Shown here one piece after another: positions 36,740 through 48,824 of a stretch of 64,000 bases of DNA (position 1 is the stretch's first letter; each line of letters opens with the position of its first letter). The stretch covers positions 2,294,001 through 2,358,000 of the forward strand of contig JAMWBK010000004.1 of assembly GCA_029953675.1 (NCBI GenBank). The letters are read 5' to 3'. Both the position numbers and the translations under genes were made by a program. A model generated the notes under the pieces. The model did not search any database. It saw only the letters and a list, made by a program, of their open reading frames with translations, and was not told the DNA's origin. Origin of the DNA: Rhodosorus marinus CCMP1338. Taxonomy: Eukaryota; Plantae; Rhodophyta.

Positions 36740-38269
36740 ATGGAGTTGAGGGTGAGGTATGGGAGCGGTGAGTTTTTGTTGGAGGGTGTGGATGGGGGAA
36801 GTTTGTTGTCCGAGGTGAGGGAGGGGATTGAGAGGGCGACGGGGGTTATTGGGAGGCTGCAGAAGATTATTTGGCGTGGTCGTGTTTTGGAAGGAGATGA
36901 GAGGAGTGTTTTGGAGCTTGGGATCCCCGTGGGAGGCGCGAAGCTATTCCTGGTTGGGTCGAAGGAGGAGGAGGTGCAGACGGTTGAGAGCTTAAAGGAG
37001 GATCCTACAGTAAGGCCGCTTGATGGTGGCAGACCCAGAAGGCGGAGGTTTGAGGCAAAGCCGACTAAGTCAGTACAGCAGCCGTCAAAGTATGGGTTCC
37101 TGAGAACAGAAACGCTTTCGGGCTTGCATGATGAACCACAGGCAAAGGCGCTCCTGGAGAGGCTGGCTTCGGACGGAGGAGTCATGGCAGTCATGCAGAA
37201 GCATCGATGGACAGTTGGGGCATTGAAAGAAATGTATCCAAAGGGCAAAGTTGGAGTGGATCCCGTCTGTGTCCTGGGCCTCAACGTCAACAAAGGGGCA
37301 GTAATCCAAATTCGACTCCGCACTGATGACCTCCGAGGTTTCAGGACATACTACAAACTACTGGAAGTTATGTTCCACGAGTTGAGCCACAACGTCCATT
37401 CTGATCATGATCGAGAGTTTTATGACCTCATGAATCAGCTTCAAAGAGAAGCAAAGGAACTGGACTGGGTCCAGTCAACCGGGAGGACAATCGCTACTGG
37501 AAGACGGGGATCAGCTCCTGAATTTGCTCCTGCTCCACATAATGACTTCGATCCGGACTACGAATCCGAGGAGCCTTCAGCTCTAGGCGGTTCCTCATCC
37601 GTACAAAGAACGCTGACCGCAAGACAAGCAGCTGTCCAAGCTGCCGAGGCACGAATGATGGCAGCGAAGAAATCATCGCCGGAAGCACAAGGTTCCCAGG
37701 AAAGGCAGGAAGAAGTGACTGTGGCAACCAATTCTGTCCCAGTTCCAGACAAATCTCCAGAGCAGCGGCCTTCTCAGGGACCAACAGCTGTGGACACGAC
37801 CATGGATATCACCCCGTCTCCGAAAGAAACTGACATGTTTGACGTGGTGGCCAAGGATCAGCTATCGGCGCTGGAAATCGATAGCAGCGTACGTTCACCG
37901 AAGGCGGAGGTTTCGGAAGAAGAAATTACTGGTGGTTCCAGCGAAGGTCTCCGGTTGCTTGAGGAGATGGGCTTTGATACGCAGCAAGCTGAGGCGGCAC
38001 TTGAACACTGCGAGAATGACACGGACCGAGCAGTGAACTGGATCATCTCCCGTAGACTCTATAAGGAAACAGGTCCATCCGAGACGTGGAGCGAGGATAG
38101 TACACCTGTGGAGCAGGCGAGTGACCAACCTGCTCCAACACAAGGTGCCGGCGTCGATGACTTGACCTCGATGGGATTTTCAACGTATAGTGCTGAGCGA
38201 GCTCTCCAGAGCTGCAGCGGCGATTTGGAAGCTGCTGTCAACTGGATTGTCTCTCGAGGGCTCTCCTGA
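36740..38269 (+). CDS. WLM (Wss1-like) zinc metalloprotease with an N-terminal ubiquitin-like domain and two C-terminal UBA domains
   Basis: UBL (LQKIIWRGRVL); WLM (MQKHRWTVGALKEMYP, LGLNVNKG, IRLRTDD, FHELSHNVHSDHDREFY); UBAs (LEEMGF...AVNWI and LTSMGF...AVNWI). Confidence 0.92.
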   Translation: MELRVRYGSGEFLLEGVDGGSLLSEVREGIERATGVIGRLQKIIWRGRVLEGDERSVLELGIPVGGAKLFLVGSKEEEVQTVESLKEDPTVRPLDGGRPRRRRFEAKPTKSVQQPSKYGFLRTETLSGLHDEPQAKALLERLASDGGVMAVMQKHRWTVGALKEMYPKGKVGVDPVCVLGLNVNKGAVIQIRLRTDDLRGFRTYYKLLEVMFHELSHNVHSDHDREFYDLMNQLQREAKELDWVQSTGRTIATGRRGSAPEFAPAPHNDFDPDYESEEPSALGGSSSVQRTLTARQAAVQAAEARMMAAKKSSPEAQGSQERQEEVTVATNSVPVPDKSPEQRPSQGPTAVDTTMDITPSPKETDMFDVVAKDQLSALEIDSSVRSPKAEVSEEEITGGSSEGLRLLEEMGFDTQQAEAALEHCENDTDRAVNWIISRRLYKETGPSETWSEDSTPVEQASDQPAPTQGAGVDDLTSMGFSTYSAERALQSCSGDLEAAVNWIVSRGLS

Positions 38270-38863
38270 CGATTGTCAATCGCAATGGGAGAACAAATTT
38301 CAGAACTAACTAGAGAGTGACTATAACTTGGCGTCCAACGTGAGAATGGACAAAATAAACGAGCAATCTAGCTTTTTAGGGTGGCTCAACGCCCGCCAGT
38401 CGAGAGGTGAGCGTACGATGCGCGAACCCCGTAGGAATCCAGTCAACCTATAGTCTACTTGTTCGCGTCTCTGACACTGTCCCAACGGACAAGCTTCCTC
38501 TTCCTTACGGCCATACTAGAAAGCGAGAAGAACATAACAGCTGCCGACGCCGGGGGGGGTGGGGGGAAGTGAAATACAACTAGGAGGTCATCGGGACGTC
38601 ATAACGAACCCGTCGCGAACCTCTTCCGAGCTCGTAGAGGCACGGGCCTTGCAACCAGAACACAACCAAATCCTCATGCCATCCCAAAATCACCCTCTAC
38701 GAACAATCCCATCTCGAAATGTGACAAAAAAAAATCCCTCACAAGGCGAGATTCTTCCAAAAGTATCAACCATTCAATATAAATATCAGTGAATATTTGA
38801 TTCTAACATCAACTAGGATCTCCGTAAAAAACTAATATTTTCGGCTACCAATCCGATTTATTC

Positions 38864-38896
38864 TCAAATTGGCGTCAAATTGGCGTCAAATTGGCG
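38864..38896. repeat. 3 x 11-bp perfect tandem repeat TCAAATTGGCG, intergenic
   Basis: Seen directly, ~420 bp upstream of the ORF at 39312. Confidence 0.9.
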
Positions 38897-39311
38897 TTCG
38901 TAAGTAATCAAAAAGAGAATCTTTTTGAGAGATATTGCTCTCAGCTGAAAAAAGTACTACATTTTGGTATATGAGAAATCGAAAATATGAAACTTTTAAA
39001 TTAGATTTGCGTTTTGTGGAAAAATAGTTTTGTTTTTTTCTGTTTCTATCTCGGGGGAGAAGAATTCAGGATATGAAGGCTTTTTTGTTTGTTGGGAAGA
39101 AGATGGAGGTAAGGGATCTCACTGAGGAGATGGAGGTTGGGGGTTTGGGGGGAGGTCAAGGGCCTTGATATGATACCGCCGAGAATGCAGACGGGAAGAG
39201 GAGAAAGTATAGATCCATATGTGTAGAAAATTACAACCTGTGGATTTGTGACGTGATTTGTTTTTGAGAACAAAGTGTTCTTACTCTGGATGAACTGCTC
39301 CCTGTAAGGAG

Positions 39312-40166
39312 ATGGCGATGGATGTGCTGTTCGTGGTTGGAGGCGGGCTGCATGCTGGACGGGCGAGGAGTCCGCTTCGCGATCGAAAGCGGAGTATTGT
39401 ATGTACTATAGGCGGTTTCGTGGATGAGAATCAGTTTACGCTTCGGGAACGGAAGAGACGTGTGCTGGCAGAGGAGTTTGGCCTGGACAAACTCCAGACT
39501 CAGCTGCATACGCATGTGTTCGTCAGGGACGAACTGGATGATGCGTTTCTCGATGGTCTTCATCGGCATTGTAGGGATATTAGGGCAGGTGAGGGGGGAG
39601 GTCATTATCTGTTGATGGCATTGCACGTGGCAGATCCTTCGTGGGGGGGGAACAGAGGCATACCCCCCCCACATCCGCGGTTCATGCTCGTTGAGGATGA
39701 TGTAGCTGAGGACACAAAAACGGCCACAAGCCAGTGGATCGAATTGCTTGGAGATGCTCTAGGTTCTCGGCTTCTGCGGGATGAGACCCACACCGTGCCA
39801 TACAAGAGAGTCCGTAGATTTGGGGATCCGAAGCTTGGTTTGAAGCCCGAGCGGGACGAGGACGAGCTGGTTTTGGTTGTGGAAGTGACTAACGCAGACT
39901 GGACATCGAAGGAAAAGATAAGCGGCCTTTCCAACTTGCTGATGCAGAGAGGGCATGAAATGATCGATCAAAAGAGAATGCTCTGGTACGAAGTTTTGCA
40001 GTCCGAATCTGAGCCCTCTGTTTTCAAGACTTTGGAGTTGTACGCAACAGTCGATGACTTGATGACAACAGTGGAGGAGACAGACGAGGAGTATTCAAAA
40101 CAATTAGAGTCTTACAAGGCAGCTGTAGCTAGGGTTAGACAAGCTTTTAGAATTATTAGGCCGTGA
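39312..40166 (+). CDS. Probable plastid protein with two ABM-like (dimeric alpha-beta barrel, LsrG-like) domains
   Basis: 284-aa ORF with a transit-like N-terminus. Segments HVFVRDELDDAFL...PRFMLVE and WYEVLQSESEPSVFKTLELY resemble the ABM pattern. Confidence 0.6.
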   Translation: MAMDVLFVVGGGLHAGRARSPLRDRKRSIVCTIGGFVDENQFTLRERKRRVLAEEFGLDKLQTQLHTHVFVRDELDDAFLDGLHRHCRDIRAGEGGGHYLLMALHVADPSWGGNRGIPPPHPRFMLVEDDVAEDTKTATSQWIELLGDALGSRLLRDETHTVPYKRVRRFGDPKLGLKPERDEDELVLVVEVTNADWTSKEKISGLSNLLMQRGHEMIDQKRMLWYEVLQSESEPSVFKTLELYATVDDLMTTVEETDEEYSKQLESYKAAVARVRQAFRIIRP

Positions 40167-40224
40167 AATCTGCAACGGAAAAAGCGGAAAAAACAACATA
40201 TTATCACACCAATCGACAGCAACA

Positions 40225-43184
40225 CTACCAGCCTCGAACTTCGTAGATGGAGCTCTCAATGAATTCGTCACCGGTGATAATTGAGGTCGGAGCGAATAAA
40301 ACCCTCATCTTCGGATGACGTTTCTTGATCGCTGCTCTCATTGCTGACAGCTCAGATCGAGTCACACCTCCAAGGACGACAATCACGGCACGGCTGGGCC
40401 ATGTTTCACTACGGACAAGGACCTTCTCCGTCGCACTTTCGCCCTGCGCGAATACAAGCCCCACGGTAGGGTTAAGGGGCAGAGGGAGGTTAATTTTCCG
40501 ACAAGAATTATCCTTTGCTCATGTTCAAATAAAGGACCACAAACCCCAGGCACCAGAGGCTTCTTCGCGATGGTCTGTTGTACACTACTAGGAAACTTTC
40601 TTTCTCGCAACCCGCAATCCACAATCTTCGCGGACAGAGGTATGAAGCCAGAATATGGGGCTTCCTCTTCGTGTTCTTTCTCATCTGGGTCATAGTCGTG
40701 GACGAGGTCCCAGTGATTCTTCATCAACAGCCACGAAAAGTTTTCATACTGCAAACATAACGTGGTCAACAAGATGAGGTTCAATCCTGTGTGTCTCTGA
40801 ATGACCAGTACGATTGCAGCAATCCCTTTCCGTGTGAGGGAGCTTACCTTCATGTACGAAGGTTGGTTTGGTGACCTGAGCCTGGTAATACCATCGAAAA
40901 CCGTGTCTGCGTAGTCAAACGAAGACCACATGCCAAATGGATATGCGCGATGAACCTAACCATGAACAGTAATCCGAGAGCGTAACCTCAGGACGCCTAT
41001 CACAGAAACTCAAAAAGGGAGACTCCTCGCACGTCGGTGGTCGATTTTCGATCCACGTGGTACTTTGGAAGCTGAGACTTGTTGAAGAACTTCCATACCG
41101 CCGTAGATATCTCGTTCGCTGCTTGGTCAGGAATCGGTCCGTTCGTGAACTTCCATAGAAGGAGCATGCGCAATTGCGAATAGAGAGATTCCTGTCTTCC
41201 AGTGCACTCCAAGAGGAACTCTTTTGCTCTAAGAGAGAGAAGCGGTGAGGCTCTCAGTCCGGGACTTTGTGGGATGACTCGACGATCGCCCCGGTAGCAT
41301 ACTTACTTCTGCACGTCAATATTACCATCAACCATCTGACGCTCAAGGTCGAAACGCTTCCTAACAAACTCGTCTTCAAAAGTTCGAGCGCTGATTTCTT
41401 CGGCGAGCGCCGTATGCATCGAGGCGGAGTGAGACTCATCCGTCTTAGAACCAAGAACCTCAACGAATTTCTTTACCTGCTTGTAGGAAGGAGAATGGGA
41501 CAGTGACTTCTGTAAGATTGGACAACTCAGTGGAGCAAAGTTTGGGCTACAGGCAAACTTGCCTCGTTAATGTCAGCATTTTCTTGTTTTGGACGCGTCG
41601 CGTAAAAGTCCCGAAGACCAGTAGCCACATTCCCAATCTTCTTTATGGCGACGGCAAAATTGAGCTCACGGAGTTCTCGAAAAATCGGGTCAGCGTTCGT
41701 CATCTTCTGCCGCACCGCCCCTGCTGAGCACAGGGAAATGAAACAATGCAGATGTGGGTTTCAGAGTCAGTAGGATCCGTTTCTTTAGCGCTTCCCAAGA
41801 TCAACAGGGTTGGGATGGACTTACTTTTCCGTTCAGAAGGTCCTCCGGCCTCTCCTTGGAGTATTCTCTTTTCAACCTCTAGCACTGAATTTCTCATTTC
41901 GAAGACCTCATCAAGCATTCCTGAGTATGCCGTGACGGCAGTTCGGATGAGTGCGAACACCGTTTCGACAGCTGAACAGCGGAGTCCTTTGCAGAAAAAA
42001 CCTCGGTCGCCTTACCTTCATACGTCCATTGGGTGAGAAGCGGCGTGACAATGTCGACACTTCTATCTATGACAAGGAGCAGGGAATTTCCTTCATCACC
42101 CTGTCTAGGTGTGGGAGCAGCTTTGTCCTATAGAATCAATATTCAGGAGTGGAGGACGCATGACAACGTTAAGGCCAAATCAACCGGGAAACCTTGCGTT
42201 GCCGAGAGTGGCAAGGTTCGCAAGCTCTCACCGTTTCGATAGAGAAGCTTTGATAGTTCAGATCCAGGCCATTTGTGAACACTTTCTTCCCGGCAGGAGT
42301 CCGCTTGTTGGCTTCTCCAACCTTTGCAAATTTATCAATCACCCTACTGGCGCGGTCCCCGACGCTCCGGAGAACTGTGAACTGGATTCCGAGCAGATTT
42401 TCGAGTTGTGCCAGTTCATGAGCACACGCATTGACTGAGTTGCTGTAGTAGATCATCCAGAGCTCCCTCTTAGCGCCCTTCCAGTCGAGGGTAAGCAGAT
42501 CATCTTCCATCGCGAGGAAGCCCAAATCAAGCGTCTCTCCAGACACATCATCAAGGATCTCCTTCGATAGCAAGCTGTAAGGAAAACGCTCGAAACAAGC
42601 CCCCGGGCCGCTTGGAACGTACAGGATCAAGATTTTTCCACGCCTAGCGCGTCGCTTAAAGCGCTCCACAACTGAATACAGAGAGTGCCTCGTTGAGTGC
42701 AATTGCGAGTAACGTCGACAGATAGTTTCACCCAAACGCAGGCCACGTCCAATTTGCAGATCAGATATGTGTAGGTGCTCAGAGAGCACGGGAAATGTCA
42801 CCTCGAAATCCGGGGAGGCCCATCTCCACCGCCACCCTACGTCCCACGATGAAGACGAAATTCTCAATCTGGTTGTCCTTTTCATACTTGAGCGCTTGGT
42901 CAACTGCAGTCTCGTCAAGCGGGCACCACGCGAGAACATTCGCGGTTGAGTCAAAGTGCCGGTCTCCGATGTGTTCAAGGAATCGAAAAATGCCGGTTCT
43001 GCAAGCACAGGAAGAAGAACAGGTGATCAGGGACTGTGGAATCCTCTACTCGATCCGCTCATATCACATCTTACTCTTCTTCAGCAAAAATAACCTTCTC
43101 GCCAGGTAGTCTGGCAAGCTTGCTCAGGAGTTCATCCTTCACATGCCTCGCAACGCGATTTGCCGTACCCGGCTGCCACCCCAT
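40225..43184 (-). CDS. VPS33: VPS33 (Sec1/Munc18-family HOPS/CORVET subunit), multi-exon
   Basis: ELLSKLARLPGEKVIF, LYVPSGPG..FE, LGFLAMEDDLLTLD, YSGFIPLSAKIV and VVLGGVTRSELSAMR. Confidence 0.85.
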
Positions 43185-44455
43185 AGTTTACGCCGAAGTC
43201 TGTGTCACGTCGATCGCATCAAAGCAGCCTCTCTCAATCAACACAAAGGGCCGAGGTTCGTCCTAAGGGGGCTCGCGTTCCTTCAAAGCACTCTACCAGT
43301 TTCGGCATACAGTGGGATGCAGGACTAACGGAACCGCCGGCCAGAAAAGCTGGTCCCCTTTCATCTGAAGTGACCGCATAGCGATTCATCCGTCCTTTGA
43401 TAACCAGCTGATTTCGTCATCAGATTAAACCGCAAAGCAGACAAGTAATCGTGAAAACTAAGTTGTTGTTGCGAGTTCAAAGCCAACCTTCTTCTCCAGC
43501 CCAACCCCAAAAGCACCGATCTGGCTAGATCAGTTCGGGCACTTCCGCGTCATCATCCACGGCTACCTTCACCAAGTTGAGAGGACGACTAGTACTACAT
43601 CATGAAGTAACAGGTCTGCTTAGTTGTCATCTGATACAGCCTCTGCGGACGAATGTCATAAAGTCGCGGAGTGTTCAAACTGAAATTGCTGACTACATCA
43701 CGGGGCGAGTTCAGCTGTTGCTGAGTCGGGCAGTTTGTCTACCGCAGACGCTAACTGAAAGTAGAAGGAGGCTTTCAAAGTTACTCGACCATGTGGGCGG
43801 CTCGGAAATGTGTGCGTCATTGGCAGCTGAGTTTCAAGAGCGAATGGCTGATTTTTTCTGGAGGCGGAATTCTGTTTTCCGGCTCTGTTGACCGTTTGTA
43901 GTAGGAAAATGACTGCAGCATGGATCCTAAGACTGTATTTCTGCTCTACGAACTTATTTTAGCGAAGCCGTGGCTGCCGCGCTCTGCCGAGACCAAGCGA
44001 GTCGCAGATCCCGTGCGGTCGCAATCAGATGGAATTGTTGTACGACTAGAACTCGTTAGTTCAGATTCTTCATGCAATCAGAGACATAACAACCGCTTTG
44101 GGAGGCAAAATTAACTATGAGTTGAGCCCTTTGCAGTCCCAGGTCGTCTGGGTTTCGTGCAAACTACAAGGTATACCTTTCTGCCTTGCGCCTTGGGGAA
44201 ACTGATCTACGAAGATGTGCACATTCCCTCGCTTTTTATGCTTCTTCTATGCCCACAAAACTCTTAGTAGAAGCTTTCAGGCCAAAGATCAATCAGGAAA
44301 TCTTCCCCAATGTAAGAACCCTTCTCAACCTCACACCAAGCGCCCGGGCTTTTCAATGACGACGGACTTGCGCAATATCCGTTGACAGATTTTCCAGTTC
44401 AGTTGGCCATCCCCTAAGAACTCAGCAACAAATTCGAACGAAGGGAATCGTAAAA

Positions 44456-45002
44456 CTATTTCGCAATGTTTTTGTACGCCCTAGCAACGCTTAGGGGTAG
44501 GGTGGGAATTTTGCAAATATTCGGCATTGTCATCCAGCCGTTTCGCAAATGGTCACTGCTACCTGATGGTCTGTCATAGATGTTGCTCAGCACATTATCC
44601 AGACAAGGCTTGATAGAAAGTGGCATGAACCCATACGAGTAATGAAATAAGATTCGACTGGCAGAAGATGGGTCTTGCACCCGTGAAAGAGCGCAGAAAC
44701 GTGGGCAATCTGTAGTGCTGAGAGGGTTTTCTCCTTAAGACAGGGCATGTGTTCGTCCCACTCCTTGCTCGCATCGATACGATAAGCTGATCGATATCCA
44801 CATCAGTCTTTTTGGACAAGTACAAAATGTGACTGGCCTTTGCTGCTCTCCAAGGAAGCTCCTCGTCCCCCGACAAACCCAGATCCTCGTCCGATCTATT
44901 CTGCGGGTCCTTCAAATGCAGGCCGATCTTGACTGATCCTGCCGATCCGTTCGTTTTACTATTACTAAGTTCCACAGTCGGATCGGCCCTTTCAGATACC
45001 AT
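44456..45002 (-). CDS. Hypothetical multi-exon protein (5' part); may extend towards ~43300
   Basis: 135-aa ATG ORF 44595-45002 plus an overlapping-frame ORF 44456-44680. No family recognised. Confidence 0.4.
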
Positions 45003-45657
45003 GCTCGCTCATCGTATGGAGCGTATGACTATGCCTCTGCAAACTGGCCACTCAATCCCAACCAACTCACCATCCTACTACCCCGTCGCAACTCCCAAAT
45101 GGAACCAACCGCAAAAAAAAAAAACAACGCCGGCACCCAACAGTAGGTCCATAACGATCGCACAATCAAAAACTATTAATATTTTTACCCCCACCCGCTC
45201 CCCTCATCATCGCGATTTGAGCTAATGTTCCATTAATTTTGCACTTTTCTAATATTTTTTTTTCTGGGGTTGGCGATTCCAATTTAGTGTTCCTTTGCAA
45301 ATTTTCTGGACTAGTAAAAGGAAGGAGGGGGGTGGGGATTTTGATTGGGGTGAGGTAGATCATGTTGTTTTGAAGGATTTTGGTAGAAAAAGGGGGGAAG
45401 TTGGGGAAATTGGAAAGGGATTTCATTGTGTGGTTGAGGGCTGGTGAAAAGTCGTTTAGTTTGAGTGGCTTGGGTTGTTTGGAGGGGTAAGGTCCATTTT
45501 GTGTTGCTTTTTTCTGTTTTGATCGGGGGGAGTTCTGAGAGGGAGAAAGAAAAGGGTGTTTAGGGGGGAAAGGGGAAGGAGGAGAGAGGGTGGGGTAGGT
45601 CGGGGAGGGGGAAGGGGGTGGGAGGGGATAACGTTGGAATCAATATTGGTAAGGAGC

Positions 45658-45682
45658 ATATATATATATATATATATATATA
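45658..45682. repeat. (TA)n microsatellite upstream of the ADP/ATP carrier
   Basis: Perfect atat run. Confidence 0.95.
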
Positions 45683-45746
45683 GATCCTTTTTTTGTGAAT
45701 TGAGTGTCGTTGGTTGTATTGTTGGGGGATCTTATCATTATTAAAG

Positions 45747-46814
45747 ATGGTTGGCAGTGTTTGGGATAGTGTGGCGTTTGCTAGCCGTGGGGCGGCAAGC
45801 TCGACGGCGATGGGGGGATCATCTGTGACGGGCATGGCTGTAGCGATGAGCTCGATGATGGAGCGTCCGGATATTGTTGCTGCGGCGGCGAAGGAGGGTA
45901 AGCCGAAGTCTTCCCCGAAGGCCTTCATGATGGATCTTGCCGCGGGTGGTGTCGCGGGAGGAATCTCGAAGACTCTCGTCGCCCCAATTGAGCGCGTCAA
46001 GTTGCTGCTTCAAACCCAGGACGCAAATCCGAGGATCAAGTCCGGAGAAATCGCAAGGTACACGGGTATCGTCGATTGCTTCAGCCGTGTCGCCAAGGAA
46101 CAAGGAGTCTCATCTTTCTGGAGAGGAAATCTTGCAAACGTCATCCGATACTTTCCCACGCAGGCGTTCAACTTTGCCTTCAAGGATACTTTCAAGAACA
46201 TGTTCCCGAAATACGATCCCAAGACCCAATTCTGGCCTTTCTTCGGTACAAATCTGGCATCTGGAGGCGCCGCAGGTGCTTCTTCGCTCTTGATCGTGTA
46301 TCCTCTGGATTTCGCCCGTACTCGTCTCGCTGCTGATGTCGGCAAGGGCAAAGAGCGTGAGTTTACCGGCCTGTTGGATTGTCTCTCAAAGATCGCGAAG
46401 CGCTCCGGCTACTTTTCGCTCTACCAAGGGTTCGGAGTATCAGTCCAGGGAATCATTGTCTACCGCGGTGCATATTTCGGATTATTCGATACTATGAAGG
46501 GACTCCTGTTCGAAAACGAAAAGGAAGCCAACATTCTCGCCAAGTGGCTCGTCGCCCAACTCGTTACCACTGCAGCCGGAGTCCTTTCGTATCCGTTTGA
46601 CACTGTCAGGAGGAGACTTATGATGCAGTCCGGAGCCAAGGAGAAGATGTACAACGGAACTCTTGACGCCTGGCGTAAGATTGCAGCGAACGAAGGCATC
46701 GGTGCATTCTTCAAGGGTGCCCTTTCCAACGTTCTTCGTGGAGCCGGAGGAGCCCTCGTCCTCGTCATGTACGATGAAATGAAGAAGGTTATCGACGAAA
46801 AGTTTTTGGTTTAA
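45747..46814 (+). CDS. AAC: Mitochondrial ADP/ATP carrier with an N-terminal extension, single exon
   Basis: [59 protein letters not shown]. Confidence 0.97.
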   Translation: MVGSVWDSVAFASRGAASSTAMGGSSVTGMAVAMSSMMERPDIVAAAAKEGKPKSSPKAFMMDLAAGGVAGGISKTLVAPIERVKLLLQTQDANPRIKSGEIARYTGIVDCFSRVAKEQGVSSFWRGNLANVIRYFPTQAFNFAFKDTFKNMFPKYDPKTQFWPFFGTNLASGGAAGASSLLIVYPLDFARTRLAADVGKGKEREFTGLLDCLSKIAKRSGYFSLYQGFGVSVQGIIVYRGAYFGLFDTMKGLLFENEKEANILAKWLVAQLVTTAAGVLSYPFDTVRRRLMMQSGAKEKMYNGTLDAWRKIAANEGIGAFFKGALSNVLRGAGGALVLVMYDEMKKVIDEKFLV

Positions 46815-47896
46815 GCAGATGAGCCATGGAGCCTCGGCTCCGGGAAAAAAAAATAAAAAGCTATTTTCTCCACTCAAAAACGAAAACATCACGACCTCCG
46901 TGCCTCTTGTTCGGCCGCCGAATGGGTCGACAGTTAGTTTGTCGGAAAGATTCGAAACGCTGCAGGGCAGTCAACTTGCAAGCTTTTCTGACGAGCGTCC
47001 TCCTCATCAGAATTGGGCAGTAGAAGCCATCCTGTCATCTTGCAAGTCCAGCTAAAAGCGTCCCGCGAACAGATCGTCCAGTTTTCCGAATCCTTACGTG
47101 GCGATTTCGACGGTTACACCGCCAACGGAGTTTTCGCGAACTCGACAACTATTATAACCCACCCCCTTCTAATAGTACCAGCAACTAAAGTTCTTTAAAT
47201 ATAGAAACTAAAAAAGACTTAACACGCAGGGTTGGAACCTACCCCCTCAGAGTTAAAGATTGTTTTGAATTGAATGGGGATGGTAGTTGCTGTCGCACGC
47301 GGGGTTTGCGTGCGCGTCCGGTTCATGTTGGTCATGGCGATGGCATGCTATGATCATGAGCGCCGTTTCGTTGTCCAAAATTGGCTGTTCATCGGCGAGA
47401 AAGCTGAAGGAATAAGCGCTTGAGAGTTACAACAGTTCTACCTGCTCGGAGTTATCGTAAAACGGACTCATGTCCTCCACGTTGCAAACTGGCTTAGGAC
47501 CTCTGCCGGATGAAACAGCCTACACATCCGCAAAAAACAGACGTGCGCTGTGGCGAGAAGAGCTGCTTCTGTTTTGATGTACAAGGCAAGATTTGTATTG
47601 GTACATTTGTTTTTATCTGGACGCGGTCCGGAGGATCCCATCTCAAGAAGATAAACTTGCGAAGTCGCAGATGGACACTTTGAAGATTAAGGTTTTGACG
47701 CCATGGTTGAAGATGTATTAGTGTGCTTCGACAGAACATCGGCCCTTCGCAACGGTCACGAGGGAGCACCCTAACAACAGACGTGTGAGTTCATATTTCG
47801 GAGCAGACGCGTCTCCTCTTTGTGATCGGTTCCAGTATATGCATAGTCAAAGAGCACATCGATATTTGATCCTTACAACAAGTTTCACCGTCAAGC

Positions 47897-48824
47897 TTAA
47901 CAATTACACTGCTCCTCCGCGGGTTTTCTATTGATCTCAACAGTTTCCGGCAGAATACTGCAATTGCAAACGGAGACGCTGGTTAGATGTCGGCTAAACC
48001 ATCTAAGATTGCGGAGTATGCGAGTGGTCCAAAAACTGTAAGCTGGTGGTGAAACTCACAATTCTTCCTCCTCCTCACCACGTTTCACTGCACTTCGGGC
48101 CACCGTCTCAAAAGCGAGGTCAATGTTTATGTTGTCAGCAGCGCTAGTTTCAAAATGAGTAAGTCCCCCCTTTTGCAAACACCACTGCTGTGCTTTCTTC
48201 TGTGAGACCGCACGCGGTCTACTGATCAAGTCAATCTTGTTCCCAAGGACAACAAAGGGAAATGTGTCTGGGTCTCGTGGGTTAGCGGAAACGATGAATT
48301 CCTGTCTCCAAGCATCAAGGCCCTAGGTCAAAGATTATTTCAAAAAATGATCATGAGGGACTATTGACAAAAACCTGCGCAGTACTCGTTATCACTGCAA
48401 CCATCCATTCTAGAATTCGATTGCTGGCGCACCTCAAAACTTCTAGCGTCGGTGACATCATAAACCAGTAGGACACCGTCCGCTCCTCTGTAAAAGGCGG
48501 CACCCAAACTCTGGTATCGTTCCTGACCAGCAGTATCCCATATCTGAAGAGGGACTGGCTTATCATCGATTATCACATCCATTGAGAGAAAATCGGCGCC
48601 AATTGTCGCCTTGTACTGCTGCGAAAAACTGTGCCTTACATAGCGCTCCAGAATCGAGGTTTTCCCGACTCTATCCCCACACCAAGAACAAGCAAAGAAA
48701 AACGCGGGAATACAAGGCACTAAGTAAGCTTCTGGCGAACATCAATTGCGTTTCTTCAAGATTGGTTTGCGTACCCACTCTCCCCGAGAATGATCACCTT
48801 CAACAACTTTGTGCGTTCGGGCAT
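47897..48824 (-). CDS. RAB7: Rab7 (RabG) small GTPase, 4 exons
   Basis: [11 protein letters not shown]|[46 protein letters not shown], and C-terminal CNC prenylation motif. Confidence 0.96.

Noticed and set aside
40225-48824. VPS33, RAB7 (and TRAPPC10 further away) as a membrane-traffic gene cluster
   Set aside because: Unrelated genes are interspersed, and trafficking genes are common enough for chance proximity in a compact genome.
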